A DNA stretch of 64,000 bases from Eledone cirrhosa (Eukaryota), in contig OZ024759.1 of assembly GCA_964016885.1 (NCBI GenBank), positions 26,412,001-26,476,000 of the forward strand, given 5' to 3'. Made by a program: the position numbers and the translations under genes. The notes under the pieces are model-generated. The model was not told the origin of the DNA. It did no database searches and worked only from the letters and a program-made list of their open reading frames with translations. This document shows positions 1 through 13,503 of this stretch, piece after piece (the first letter of the stretch is position 1; the number at the start of each line of letters is the position of its first letter).

Positions 1-255
1 ATTTATGGTTATGTATATACTAAAACCTTTTATAGTTATATATATATTATACCCTAAATAGTGAAAGACAGTAATTTATTACTATCTTATTACCAGTAAG
101 ATAAATAGCTCAATATATATATATATATATAAATGTGTGTGTCTGTGAATGTGTGTTTGTCTGTCTGTAATCATCAGGATTACAGTTGCTGAAGTTTTTC
201 TTGTTGTTATTGCAGTTGGAATTGTTGTTGATGTTTCCATATTTTCTATTCCCAG

Positions 256-433
256 GTGGAATGTTAGCCTATTTGAATGCCCACAACTGTAAATCTAATT
301 GGCTGTACGACAGTGTAACCAACACAACACCAGTTAGCAGCACATACTTTCTGTCTGTAGAGGAAGTCGTATGGGATTATGCCCCTTCTGGAATGGATCT
401 TTTTATTGGAGGTCAATTGAATCGTAATGGAAG
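256..433 (+). CDS. Ceruloplasmin/hephaestin-like multicopper oxidase, internal exon (end of domain 2, start of domain 3)
   Basis: Acceptor cccag|, donor AG|gtttgc. Peptide GGMLAYLNAHNC...YFLSVEEVVWDYAPSG matches the cupredoxin domain 2/3 junction. Phase 2 end joins the next exon in frame. Confidence 0.85.
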
Positions 434-594
434 GTTTGCGATGATATAAATAGTCTTGTTTTTATTTATTTGTCTTCTACCTTCTTTTCATTTAGCTATT
501 GTAACTGTCTATATATCTGAGTGTCTATCTATCTATCTATCTGTGTATCTGTCTCTCAATATATGTATATCTGTCTAAATATGTCTGCCTCTCA

Positions 595-755
595 AAGAGA
601 GAGAGGAAAAGGAAGGAGAGAGAGAAGTAGAGAAAGTGAGAGAGAAGTAGAGAAAGAGAGTGAGAGAGAAGTAGAGAAAGAGAGTGAGAGAGAAGTAGAG
701 AAAAGGTGGAAGAGAGAGAGAGAGATAAGTAGAGAAAGAGAGAGAGAGAGAAAGA
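595..755. repeat. GA-rich low-complexity repeat with a ~24-bp unit
   Basis: Repeated gagtgagagagaagtagagaaaga unit in an intron. Confidence 0.8.
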
Positions 756-1125
756 CGAGGATATTTATCTTTGTGTCTATCTATTCATCTATCTGTATAT
801 CTCGCAATATATCTGTGTCAGAGAGAGAGAGAGTATATGAGTGTTTGTCAGTTCAATAAACTTACAACAACAACAGAAACAATAACAACTAATAATAAAA
901 ATAAAATAAAACTGTAACAATAAACCTCATCAATATGTATTATATATTTTCTGATCAGTGATGATATCGGACTATATCTGATATCTCTGAGATTCAAAAT
1001 CGATATCAATATGGCTGATAACCGATATCAATAATAGTGGTATTTTACGATGATTTCTCAATATTTATGTCTAGTTGTCTTTATTTACTGATTATATTAG
1101 GTTTACTTTTCAAGATTCCGTTGAA

Positions 1126-1163
<38 letters not shown>

Positions 1164-1234
1164 TACTACTACTACTACTACAGCAACAATGACAACAACA
1201 GTAATAATGACAGTAATAACAACAACATTAATAA

Positions 1235-1517
1235 CAATAATTGTTTCTACTTTTGGCACAAGGCCAGCAATTATCCCAGTGTATTACTGGTACTTTATTT
1301 TATCGACCCTGTAAGGATGAAAGCAAAGTTAATAATAATTGTTTCAACTTTAGGCACAAGGCCAGCAATTATTCCAGCGTATTACTGGTACTTTATTTTA
1401 TCGACCCCGTAAGGATGAAAGGCAAAGCTAACCTCGGCAGGATTTGAACTCAGATCATAAAGGGCCATAACTCTATACGTCAAAGCATGGCGTCCGACCC
1501 TCTATCGATACTGCCAA
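1235..1517 (-). mobile_element. tRNA-derived SINE family A (Nin/Deu-like core), truncated copy plus fuller copy
   Basis: Reverse complement of the window-wide consensus ctgagttcaaatcc..gcctttcatccttacggggtcgataaaataaagtaccag..gctggccttgtgcc. B-box-like GAGTTCAAATCC. Confidence 0.85.
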
Positions 1518-2482
1518 ACAATAATAACAACAGTAATAACAACAATAGCAGCAACGACAACAACAGTAATGACAACAGTAATAACGACAACAGCAGTAAC
1601 AACAACAACAATAACAACAACATCAGTAATAACAACAGTAATAACAACAACAATAACAACAGAAGTAATGACAGCAGTAATAACAACAAGAATAGCAACA
1701 ATGACAGCAGCAGTAATAACGACAGTAACAATAGCAACAACCACATCAGCAGTAATAACAACAGCAGTAATAACCACAACAACAACAACAAAAGTAATAA
1801 CCACAACAACAGTAATAACCACAACAACAAGAACAGTAATAACCACAACAGCAGTAATAACTACAACAACAAGAACAGTAATAACCACAACAACAAGAAC
1901 AGTAATAACCACAACAACAAGAACAGTAATAACCACAACAACAAGAACAGTAATAACCACAACAAGAACAGTAATAACCACAACAACAAGAACAGTAATA
2001 ACCACAACAACAAGAACAGTAATAACCACAACAACAAGAACAGTAATAACCACAACAACAACAACAGTAATAACCACAACAAGAACAGTAATAACCACAA
2101 CAACAAGAACAGTAATAACCACAACAACAAGAACAGTAATAACCACAACAAGAACAGTAATAACCACAACAACAAGAACAGTAATAACCACAACAACAAG
2201 AACAGTAATAACCACAACAACAAGAACAGTAATAACCACAACAACAAGAACAGTAATAACCACAACAACAAGAACAGTAATAACCACAACAAGAACAGTA
2301 ATAACCACAACAACAAGAACAGTAATAACCACAACAACAAGAACAGTAATAACCACAACAACAAGAACAGTAATAACCACAACAAGAACAGTAATAACCA
2401 CAACAACAACAACAGTAATAACCACAACAACAAGAACAGTAATAACCACAACAACAGTAATAACAACAACAACAGTAACAAT
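1518..2482. repeat. AAC/AAT-derived minisatellite (24-bp unit aacaacaagaacagtaataaccac, with 21-bp variants)
   Basis: Direct tandem repeats visible; intronic. Confidence 0.95.
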
Positions 2483-2594
2483 ATTTCCAATAAACAGTAA
2501 AGAGACGACATCAAAAATATACAATTGATGAACTAAGAATTATTGGAAAAGAAAATATTTAAGACTATTTCTAGAATCTTAAAAATCATCATTA

Positions 2595-2634
2595 TACACA
2601 CACGCACTATATATATACACACACACACACACAC

Positions 2635-2670
<36 letters not shown>

Positions 2671-3256
2671 ATATATATATATACACACCACTATATATAT
2701 ACATGCACGCACACTATATATATATATATACACACCCACACATACACACACTATATATACACACACACACTATATACATATATATACACACACACACTAT
2801 ATATATATATATATATACACACACATATACACACACACACTATATATATATATATACACACACTATATATATGCACACACACACTATATATATTGGGTGT
2901 GCGCATATTTATATTTATATAATGTATATATATATGTGTGTATGCGTGCATGTATATTCATGTGTGTATGTATATATATACATATATAAATGTATATATA
3001 TATATATATGTATATATATATGCATATGTATATATATGTATATATATATGCATATGTATATATATGTATATATATGCATATGTATATATATATGTATATA
3101 TATATGCATATGTATATATATATGTATATATATATGCATATGTATATATATATGTATATATATATGCATATGTATATATATATGTATATATATATGCATA
3201 TATATGTATATATATTTATATACATCTATGTATATATGTATGTATGTGTATGTATA
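2595..3256. repeat. (CA)n/(TA)n/(TATG)n compound microsatellite
   Basis: Directly visible in sequence. Confidence 0.95.
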
Positions 3257-3356
3257 ATACGATTTGAAGATATTGTTTTAATATGACAATGTCATCGATT
3301 ATCGATGGTAAATTTCTTGGTGTTTCAGAATATGTCTGTCTAAGGAGATTAGTATA

Positions 3357-3968
3357 GATGATGATGATGATAGTAGTGGTGGTGGTGGTGGTGGTGGTGG
3401 TTGTATGGTGGTGGTGGTGGAGTGAGGTGATGTGCCAATGTTGTGTGGTGGTGGTGTGCCAATGTTGTGTGGTAGTGGTGGTTGAGTGGTGGTGGTGGTG
3501 GTGGAGTGTGGTGGTGGAGTGAGGTGATGTGCCAATGTTGTGTGGTGGTGGTGGTGGTGTGCTAATGTGGTGTGTTGTGTGATAGTGCTGGTGGTGGTTG
3601 TTTGGTGGTGATGGAGTGTGGTGGTGGTGTGCCAATGTGATGTGTTGTGTGGTTGTTTGGTGCTGGTGGTGGTGGTTTGCCAATGCGGTGTGTTGTGTGG
3701 TGATGGTGGTGGTGGTGGTTTGCCAATGTGGTGTGTTGTGTGGTGATGGTGGTGGTGGTTGTTAGGTAGTGGTGGTGTGCCAATGTGATGTATTGTGTGG
3801 TAGTGCTGGTGGTGGTGGTGGAGTGTGGTGGTGGAGTGTGGTGGTGGTGGTTGTTTGGTGGTGGAGTGTGGTGGTGGTAGTGTGCCAATGTGGTGTGTTG
3901 TGTGGTGATGGTGGTGTGCCAATATGGTGTGTTGTGTGGTGGTGATGGTGGTTGTTGTGTGGTGGGTA
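3357..3968. repeat. (GGT)n-based minisatellite with recurring gtgccaatgtg motif
   Basis: Directly visible in sequence. Confidence 0.9.
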
Positions 3969-4179
3969 ATAGTGCTGTTTCATGTGTGTATGTACATGTA
4001 AGCATGTGTATATATATGTGTAAGCATGTGTATATATATGTGTAAGCTTGTGTAAATATGTGTATATATATATATGTATATATTTGTATATAGTCGTGTG
4101 TGCATATATGTGTATTCATATTTATGTGTATATTTATATATACATTGTGATGACTATGATGGAGTCCATGGAGGTTATG

Positions 4180-4354
4180 GGTTGGTACTAGAAAATAGGA
4201 GGGCTTCAGGATCCTGAAATTCTGTGATGCAAATGACCTGACTATCTGTACGAGCGAGACACGGTCTCCCGACCAATCTTGCATCAAATGGAACAAAACC
4301 ATCTAACCCATGCTAGCATGGAAGATGGATGTTGAATGATGATGATGATGATGA
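4180..4354 (+). mobile_element. SINE or LINE 3' end with RTE-type (GAT)n tail (family B)
   Basis: ccatctaacccatgctagcatggaagatggatgtt followed by (gat)n. Related copies at ~6570-6758, ~12140-12347 and 12365-12425 (-). Confidence 0.7.
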
Positions 4355-4459
4355 TATATGTGAGTGTGAGTATATGTGTGTGATATTTTTCCACAGATTA
4401 AATATTAAGTAGATCCTTAATAATCATACATTCTGTGTCTAATGTGTTAAACATTCCAG

Positions 4460-4764
4460 TACTTCTGCCCAAGTATACGCTTCGAAACCCAACCGCATTG
4501 GGCGCCATTACAAGAAAGCCCTCTACTTTCAATACACCGACAGTTCGTACACGCACAAAATATCTCGAGATCAGTCAGAAAAACATTTGGGGTTCTTGGG
4601 CCCTATCATCAGAGTGAACGAAGGTGAAAAAGTCAAAGTGTATTTGAAAAACCTGGCATCAAGACCCTATTCATTCGTACCTCACGGCACTCATTATGGT
4701 AAGCATTCAGAAGGTTCAATCTATCACACCAAGGACCATCATCAGAGACATTTTGGTAGCAAAG
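4460..4764 (+). CDS. Multicopper oxidase exon (domain 3)
   Basis: Acceptor ttccag|, donor G|gtaatg. Peptide [16 protein letters not shown]...[35 protein letters not shown]. Confidence 0.92.
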
Positions 4765-4994
4765 GTAATGTTGATATATCTATCTAATTTAAAATCTTTT
4801 TTCTGTGTTTATCTCTGATCATGTAGACTAACAATCAATCAAAGGTGTTCCACACTTGAACATCCACCTTTAGTGAGCTTTGCAGTCTAAATTAATGAGC
4901 TGACAACACAGAAAACATTAACAACAACTGTAATTTCAAGAAAGAAGATTTATTTATTTTATAAAACTAACATTTAAGTAATGGTCTGATAAAT

Positions 4995-5209
4995 AAATAA
5001 ATCGTTGACAATGTTTACAGATAGAATTTATATACACACAAACACATATATACACATATATATACATGTATATATATATATATATATACACACATACACG
5101 CATACATACATATATGCATACATACAAATATACATACATATATACATACATACATACATATATACATACATACATACATATATACATACATATATATATA
5201 TATACATAC

Positions 5210-5240
<31 letters not shown>

Positions 5241-5321
5241 CATATATACATACATACATATAGATACATATATATATACATATATACATACATAAATATA
5301 TATATATATATACATTCACAC

Positions 5322-5369
<48 letters not shown>

Positions 5370-5456
5370 TCACACATATGTACATATATATACAGACTTA
5401 CTGATACAAACATACATTAATACATATATATATATATAGATAGATACGTATATATA
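4995..5456. repeat. (TA)n/(CATA)n microsatellite
   Basis: Directly visible in sequence. Confidence 0.9.
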
Positions 5457-5553
5457 ATGTCAGTACTTACTTAGGAGTGTATATTGTAAGGACTAACAGC
5501 TGTGCTAAGACTTCACTGTATTTCAATTAGTAGAACTCATTATTTATTCACAG

Positions 5554-5747
5554 AAACAATTGGTTTGATGACACAACCAGGTGAAACACAAGTTTACGTC
5601 TTTGAGGCGCCATTACTTGGCTCACGTGACCCCCCATGTAAAGTCTTTCCTTATCTCTCGGGTGTGAATTTATTAAAAGATCTGAACTCTGGGCTTGTTG
5701 GACCCCTTTTAATCTGTAAAAAAGGAACCTCACCCTTCCACAATGTT
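5554..5747 (+). CDS. Multicopper oxidase exon (end of domain 3)
   Basis: Acceptor tcacag|, donor GTT|gtaagt. Peptide [33 protein letters not shown]. Confidence 0.92.
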
Positions 5748-5789
5748 GTAAGTATTTTTAATATTATTTTTATTATTATCACCAACATG

Positions 5790-6250
5790 AGGGCGGTGGA
5801 TTAGCAGAATCAGTAGAGCGTCAGACAACATGCTTAGCAGCATTAGTGTTACGGCTCTTTAGGTTCTGAGTTCAAATTCCGCTGAGGTTAGCTTTGCCTT
5901 TCATCCTTATAGGGTCGATAAAATAAAGTACCAGTAATGCACTGGGGCCGATTTAATGGACATTCCCCTCCCCTAAAGTTGCTGGCCTTGTACCAAAATC
6001 AAAAACCATTATCATTCTTATAATTAACATGAGAGCAATGGATTGGCAAAGTCCTTTGAGTAACACACACATATGATTGGCAGCATATGTTCTAGAGTAT
6101 AAGTTTGGAGTTTAAATACTGCCATGGTTAGTTTTGTCTTTCATTTTCCGAGTCGATAAAATAAAGTACATGTAATGCACTGGTGTAGATTCAATCAATT
6201 TTCCCCCCTCCTCCAATTGCTGGCCTTGTGCCTAATTTATGAAACATTAT
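5790..6250 (+). mobile_element. Two tandem SINE family A copies
   Basis: ggcggtggattagcagaatc head, B-box, core and gctggccttgtgcc tail, occurring twice. Confidence 0.85.
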
Positions 6251-6347
6251 TATCATAAGCAGGTACTTCAAAGTTTTCATCAAAAGATATCCTTAAAACA
6301 AAGCACAGACAGGAGATCAGTTGTCTTAAAAATTCTTGTCTCTTAAC

Positions 6348-6401
<54 letters not shown>

Positions 6402-6569
6402 GTATATGTATATATAGAAAGAGAGAGATCGGACACCATAATCATTTAATAATATATAATGTTCCGGCTTGCACCATTTATACAGGTCATTGAGTGCTTC
6501 TTTTTATCTGCTTCACAACCGACAGACCATAATGTGGTCCGCACATCCCTGTTCGGTTAACCCCCTACT

Positions 6570-6758
6570 CAAATACACTGTAAATACACTGTAAATGTGG
6601 TTAGTGTTAGGAAGGGCATCCAACCGTAGAAAGCCTGCCAGATTGTCCTATACGAGCGAGACACGGTCACCCAACCAATCTTGCCTCAAGTGGCACAACT
6701 CCCGTCTAACCCATGCTAGCGTGGAAGATGGACGTTAAACGATGATGATGATGATGAT
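6570..6758 (+). mobile_element. SINE family B copy
   Basis: gttagtgttaggaagggcatcc...cccatgctagc...(gat)n. Confidence 0.75.
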
Positions 6759-6999
6759 ATAAATCTGGATGGAATCAATTTGAAACTGGTTAGACCATTA
6801 CTCAACAGAGTACTCAATATTTGGGTTAATAGAGAATGGCTATATTATTAAGTCGGAACCCAATGGCTGACCTCTTGCCATTTCAACAGCTAGATTTGGA
6901 TATAACGAAGGTAATTTTCTCAGATATTTGTCCTCACTTTTGCGTTTTTATTTTCATTAAAATTCATTTGTAATTTGTTACGTTTTTCTTCACATGAAG

Positions 7000-7150
7000 G
7001 TAAATATTGATAGAGAATTTGTATTGTTATTCTCTGTGGTAGACGAGAATGTATCATGGTACTTGGACGACAACATTGCCACCTATGTACAAGACACAAG
7101 TACATTGGATAGAATGGAAGAAGACTTTATCCGATCAAATTTATTTCATG
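7000..7150 (+). CDS. Multicopper oxidase exon (start of domain 4)
   Basis: Acceptor aag|, donor G|gtgaga. Peptide VNIDREFVLLFSVVDENVSWYLDDNI...EDFIRSNLFH. Confidence 0.9.
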
Positions 7151-7242
7151 GTGAGAAAAACTTCCATTGCATCGATACTTACAAATATATCTGTATTGTT
7201 AACATCCAACACTGCGTGAAACTACATTAGCATTGCATTCTA

Positions 7243-7620
7243 TGGCGGTAGATTGGTAGAATCGTTAGACCGTCGGACAAAATGTTTTGCAGCATTTAGT
7301 TACGGCACTTTATGTTGTGTGTTCAAATCCCAGAGGTTAGCTTTCAGGGTCAATAAAATAAAGTACCAGTAATGCACTAGGGTCGATTTAATAACTTTTC
7401 TCCTCCCCAGAAATTGGTCTTGCGCCGAAAGCAGAAACCAGTATTATCATTATTGGAAGTATCAGTAGAGTGTCAGACAGCTTTGTGGCATATAGATGTG
7501 GCCCTTTACTATATCAGTTCAATTCCCACCGAGGTTACCTTTGCCTTTCATCCTTACGGGGGTCGATGAAATAAAGAACTTGTAATGCACTGGAGTCAAT
7601 TTAATCGATGTTCCCTCTGT
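7243..7620 (+). mobile_element. Two degenerate SINE family A copies
   Basis: Same core motif as other family A copies. Confidence 0.75.
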
Positions 7621-7743
7621 CTAAATCATAAACCATTCTTTAAAACCTAAAAAAGAAACAGCAAGGTCACTGCGTTACATTCATAACTGCAACATTTAAT
7701 CTGATACTCTGAATTTTCTCAGCAATCTGTCCATTAGTAAACA

Positions 7744-8329
7744 TACGAAGGTCGACTGAAAAATCCATAGACTGACTAAGGAGGAGTGATGCTAGAGCTG
7801 TGATATCTTGCATATTTTAATGTCAAGTCTTCTTATTAATAACTGCATTATTTCTATCCAGAGACTATGTTGAAAAATATACCTCATTTAATCATTCCAT
7901 GAGAGTATCTTAGTCAGCCTATGAGCCTTTTAGCCTACTTCAACTCTTCTTCTAAATAACTGCATTGTTTCCATACCTCATTTGGTCATTCCATGAGAGT
8001 ATCTTGGTCAGCCTATTTCAACTTTTATTAATAACTGCATTGTTTCTATCCAAGGACTATGTTGAAAAATAAATCTCATTTATTCATTCCATGAGAGTAT
8101 CTTAGTCACCCTATGAGCCTTTTAGCCTACTTCAACTCTTCTTATAAATAACTGCATTGCTTCCATGCCTCATTTGGTCATTCCATGAGAGTATCTTGGT
8201 CAGCCTATTTCAATTCTTATTAATAACTGCATTGCTTTTACCCAGGGACTATGCTGAAAAATAAATCTCATTTGGTCACTCCATGAGAGTATCCTAGTCA
8301 GCATATAACCCTTTCAACTGACCCTCACA
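7744..8329. mobile_element. Tc1/mariner-type MITE with tandemly amplified subterminal unit
   Basis: Left end tacgaaggtcgactgaaaa..tag actgactaag; right end ..tagtcagcatat..ctttcaactgaccctc (degenerate TIR). Internal repeats of ccatgagagtatcttggtcagcctat. Sister copy at 46209-46790. Confidence 0.7.
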
Positions 8330-8593
8330 CTATAAACATATTATAAACATATTCTAAACCCATTTTTAAAAGATATTTTCTGTTAGATAAGCAAGAGTTA
8401 ATCAAACTTTAATATTTACAAAGGAAATGGTTGAAATATATATTGTAGATCTTCTTACTGTATAGCATATTGGGGATTATCATAACATATCTTAATGACA
8501 AAGAGTATTGGTATATTTTCAGACATGTGTTATCACAGATCTTATCATGTCACAGCTTACCTTATATTGTTATATTGGAGATTATATAGATTA

Positions 8594-8629
<36 letters not shown>

Positions 8630-8643
8630 TTATAGATACACTC

Positions 8644-8676
<33 letters not shown>

Positions 8677-8927
8677 CATATATACATATATATACATATA
8701 TATATACATATATATATACATACATATATATACATATATATATATACATACATATATATATACATATATATATACATATATACACACACACATATATATA
8801 TATTTATACATATACACATATATGCACACACACACACACATATATATATATATTTATACATATACACATATATGCACATCCACCCACAAACAAATATATA
8901 TATATATATATATGTATAGAGAGAGAG
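8594..8927. repeat. (TG)n/(TA)n/(CA)n compound microsatellite
   Basis: Directly visible in sequence. Confidence 0.9.
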
Positions 8928-9730
8928 ATAATCTCGCATCATTTTCTATGAAAGTTCAGATATCATATCATTTATCCCAAACTTTATCTCACATAATATC
9001 GTAGGAGTGTTTTTCAAATATTATCTTATTTCTAAAACATTTATCTCCACTATTCTTCTCAATTCAGTAAACAGTAAACTATAACTTCCTCTTCTTCCCG
9101 AGAAGGCCATGGATGCTGAGTCCTCAGACACGCCTTCCAGACGGTCCTATCAGAAACAACCCTTTCCAAATGACCCAGCTGACTCCCCTAGCAAGATCTT
9201 CCAGAGCATTCTATCAGAAACAACCCTTTCCAAAATGATCCAGCTGGCTCCCCTATCAAAACTAGCCAAGCTCATGGACATTATCCAAACATCTTGCCCG
9301 TGTTCTATCTCTGGGTTGTCCTGCCAGTAGGCTTTGTCCATAAAATCTATCCAGTGATTCCTTTCTTAAACATTCTTTCCACACATCTGTAATATCGGAG
9401 TTGTGATCTCTCACTACAGAGATGTAGCGGCTCTATCTGATGCGTCACTCTGATATCAAAGCTATATCTACAGGGTGAACATAAAGTCTTTGAAACCACA
9501 AAACACACTGAGCTTTTTGTTTCATAGATACCATTTTGTTACTGAAAATTACAACTCCTTCCTGTAGGAGATAAAATGTAAAACATGTTCAGAAAAACTT
9601 TAAACTTGAAATTATAATAGTAAATATAGAGTAATGTAAATGCTAAAGGGTGAAGTTATATGGTAGTTTTAATCTGTCTTAAATTTTCTGATTTTCCTGA
9701 CCACCCTTCTTTTTTTCATGTTTTTACAAG

Positions 9731-9943
9731 TCATCAATGGATACGGTTATGGTAACCTGCCTGGGCTAGACATGTGCCTCGGAGACCGGGTAATGTGGCA
9801 CATGTTTAATGTTGGCAATGAATTTGATGTCCATACAATATATTTCCATGGCCATACATTCCATACACATGGAAGGAACAGCGATGCTGAGGAACTTTCT
9901 CCAGCATTGTCTAACTCTGTCATCATGGATATTGATAATCCAG
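9731..9943 (+). CDS. Multicopper oxidase exon (domain 4)
   Basis: Acceptor ttacaag|, donor CCAG|gtatat. Peptide INGYGYGNLPGLDMCLGDRVMWHMFNVGNEFDVHTIYFHGH, including the T1-copper His. Confidence 0.92.
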
Positions 9944-10161
9944 GTATATAGGTCCTATATCTTCATATGTGTGTGTACACATGTGTGTGTTTGTGTGTAG
10001 GTAGGTATACTTGTAATACAAGTTTCACCGAATGGTTCTTGATTAGTCTATGCCATCAGACTATGCTTGTAATCATTGAAACACACACACACACATATAC
10101 ACACCTCATCTCTTGAACAATAAGATAAACTTTTATTAATTATTTTAATTTTATTTCATAG

Positions 10162-10402
10162 GAATATGGGCAATAGTATGTCGCACAGGTGTGCATTACC
10201 TGACAGGTATGCAACTGTTGTATAATGTCAAAGAATGTGATTACCAACAACATCATCATCATTTGCAGATCAGTAATTTTCCCTGGTTTCATAACCACGG
10301 CACTACACGCTACTATTACATTGCAGCTGTTGAAGTAGAATGGGAGTATGCTCCCTTAAAACGTGGTATCATCACAGGAGAAGAAATAACTGACCCAGAT
10401 TC
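10162..10402 (+). CDS. Multicopper oxidase exon (domain 4 T1 Cu motif, start of domain 5)
   Basis: Acceptor ttcatag|, donor TC|gtaaat. Peptide CRTGVHYLTGM (C-x4-H-x4-M), then RYYYIAAVEVEWEYAP. Confidence 0.92.
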
Positions 10403-10553
10403 GTAAATTTTCCTTTATATATCTTTTCATTGTTTATTATTTTTGTTTTAGTTAATTGTTTTTATAGATTACTTGGCAATGGCAATAACAAGAAGAATAT
10501 TACACACATAAGAAAATAAATATCTTTCATTGTAACTGTCAGTCAAACAGTCA

Positions 10554-10592
<39 letters not shown>

Positions 10593-10932
10593 GGTATGGT
10601 ATGCTCCCGAAACTTCTGTTGGTTGTAGGGGCACTGTATAGACATCATATGGCATTTTAAGCATGGCAGAGCCTATCCCTCTCCAGGCCTGGTGTATATA
10701 TATATATATAATAAAATATGATAAGAACAGAGGTACAAAAACAATTAGTCTTATTAGTTTCATGCTTTGGATGAAAAAGTTTGACATATCGGACGTCACG
10801 AGAGTACAGGAGAGTACAATAGTTCAGAAATTAGAAAATAAAAATAGAAAAAGGGAGACATGTGAAACTGTGTTGTTTTTAATTGTTTCTGTGTATCAGT
10901 GTGTGTGTACTCCATAAAGTATACACACACAT

Positions 10933-11029
<97 letters not shown>

Positions 11030-11231
11030 TATGTATATATAGTCCTTAAACGTTGCTTCATTAAAATTTGGTGAGGAAATAGAACATGACTTATTACTCC
11101 AGACTTATTACTCAGAGACCAGTTATAATATAATAACAACTTTAAAGAAGTACTTTATATACTTTATATATAGTTAGTTGCTACATTTATTTAACTAATT
11201 CTATTTTTTTCTGAACTTCTTTCTTTTTAAG

Positions 11232-11857
11232 AGAAGGTTACGTGTATGTAAGAACAACAGAAAAATATATCGGAAGTATTTACAAGAAAGCTGTTTATAG
11301 AGAATTTACTGACAAGACCTTCAATAAGATGGTAGAGAGAGGGCAACGTGACATACACTTAGATCTTCTGGGACCCATGATAAAAGGAGAAATAGGGGAC
11401 ACAATCAAAGTGGTTTTTAAAAACAAAGCATCCAGACCTTACTCGATTCACCCACAAGGGGTTCACTACACCAAACAGAATGAAGGACAAATTTATCTTG
11501 ATGGACACCCGAACAAAAAAAGTGGGAGCGTTGCACCTGGTGAAATTTTTGAATATACTTGGCAAGTAACTGAATCATCCGGCCCTGGTTCTGATCAAAG
11601 TAATTGTATCCCTTGGATCTATTACTCATCGACAGACCCTATCAAAGATCCTTATTCTGGTTTAATAGGACCCCTTGTTGTTTGTAGAAAAGGATATCTG
11701 GATAACACTGAGAGAAGGAAGGACGTTGACAGAGAGTTTGCATTATTGTTTTTTATAATTAATGAAAACCAAAGTTGGTATCTCTCAGAGAACTTAGCTG
11801 CCCACACTGATGTCACAGACAATTCTACGCTTCTTACAGATCCAGAATTTTACCAAA
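11232..11857 (+). CDS. Multicopper oxidase exon (domain 5, start of domain 6)
   Basis: Acceptor ttttaag|, donor A|gtaagg. Peptide YIGSIYKKAVYREFTD...LLGPMIKGEIGDTIKVVFKNKASRPYSIHPQG...SGLIGPLVVCRKG. Confidence 0.93.
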
Positions 11858-13295
11858 GTAAGGCTTCCTTCATTAAGCTATTTTTTAATCTATTTTTCTA
11901 TCTCTCTGTCATTTTGTTTTTTGTTTTGTTTATTTTCATTGAGCTGTTTGCAAACTTAATATATAATGATGGCTGTGCCCAAGCATGCTCACATCCGAAG
12001 GGCTTGAAAAGCAGAAAAAATATTATATATATGTGTGTGTATATATATATATATAAATATATATATGTATATATATAAGTATATAAATATATATATGCAT
12101 ATATATATATATATATATAAGTATATATATGAATATGTAGGTGCCATGGTAAAAAAACCACCCAGTTCTCACTGTGAATGAGGTTAGTGTTAGGAAGGGT
12201 ATCCAGCTTTAGAAATCAAGCCAAAATCAGTTCCCGTATGAGCAAGACATGGTTACCCGACCTGGTATTGCCCACAGTAGGACAACCCATCTAACCCATG
12301 CTAGCATGGAAGAATGGATGTAAAACAGTGATGATGGTGATGATGATATAAATATATATATATATCATCATCATCATCATCGTTTTACGTCCGTTCTTCC
12401 ACACTAGCATGGGTTAGATGGGTTGATATATATATATGTATTGCTAGTAGAGCACTGCATACCATAGTGTTTAATTTTCATTCCTCCAAGCTTCGACTTT
12501 CAAATTCTTCTGGGGCCCACATGGCTGGTGGCAGATTTAATTAGCCACCTGGTTTAACATTATCATCAGGCAGTTAAATAGCACTATAGCACTAGAAGAG
12601 CCCATTCTTCTTCAAGTATTCAGTCAAGTCAACTGATTTAAGGACAGCTTTCATTCTACACCCTGCCAATATTGGATACCTTGAAAAGTGTCATGGGCAC
12701 TGCTTTGAGATTACTCTATATTTACTATTATATTTTCATAGTAAAGTCTTTACTTCACATAATTACCTCACATAATATCGAGACTGTGAGATTTTGATAT
12801 TATTTATTTTGAGAACAATATATTAACATCAGTATGAGTGGCCATTTACAGCCAGTTTGAACAGAAAGAGATGAGAGAAATCTAGCCGGATACAGCCGGT
12901 TTAAATGCTAAAGGGTTAAACCATGACAAAGTGTTAAAAACAGAGAGAACTCAAATTGATTGACCACATTATATATGATTAGAACTGTCACTGATTGTAT
13001 TAAATTATATCAGGGACTTTAAACATATTTCACTGGTCTTATTTAAGAGAGTTGAAACATTGACAGTGATACTACATACCTGCTAACTTCATTATAACTT
13101 TAATTAATCTAATTATATCATAGGTTCAAATATGTGATTAAGGACCATTGTAGAAAATCTATATATGTAACTAAGACTGTAAATTGCCTTAATTTGAACA
13201 TAGATGCATCCAGATTAAACCAAATCCGACACCGAACTTAAGGAAACAATACATACACATACATTCGATCTTCAGACCATTCAAGGAAGAGTTAA

Positions 13296-13503
13296 ACCTT
13301 TAGCATTTAAACTGGCCATATCCGGCCAGAATTCTTTCATCCTTTTATGTTCAAACCGATCATAATCAACCGCTCATACTGATGTTAAAGTATTGTTATC
13401 AAAATAAATAATATCAAAATCTCATTGAGTTGATATTATGAAAAATAAAGCCTTTACGCTATATTTACTATTGTATTTTTACAGTAATGTGAATACTAAA
13501 GGG
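13296..13503. mobile_element. piggyBac-type MITE
   Basis: TTAA on both sides (13292-13295, 13504-13507). TIR (a/c)cctttagcatt...aatactaaaggg. Partial sister ends at ~12880-12919 and ~9638-9652. Confidence 0.7.

Noticed and set aside
1480-2528. Poly-N/T/V/L ORFs
   Set aside because: Triplet-derived minisatellite inside an intron of the oxidase gene, with no splice or homology support.
3216-4302. His/Thr/Pro-rich minus-strand ORFs
   Set aside because: Produced by the (GGT)n minisatellite.
7840-8300. Repeat-spacer-like array resembling CRISPR
   Set aside because: The intervening sequences are themselves repeated, there are no cas genes, the context is a eukaryotic intron, and a MITE-derived tandem repeat explains it.
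11858-11960. Hydrophobic TM-like extension of the 11242 ORF
   Set aside because: It lies beyond the A|gtaagg donor at 11857; splicing to 14167 restores domain 6 in frame.
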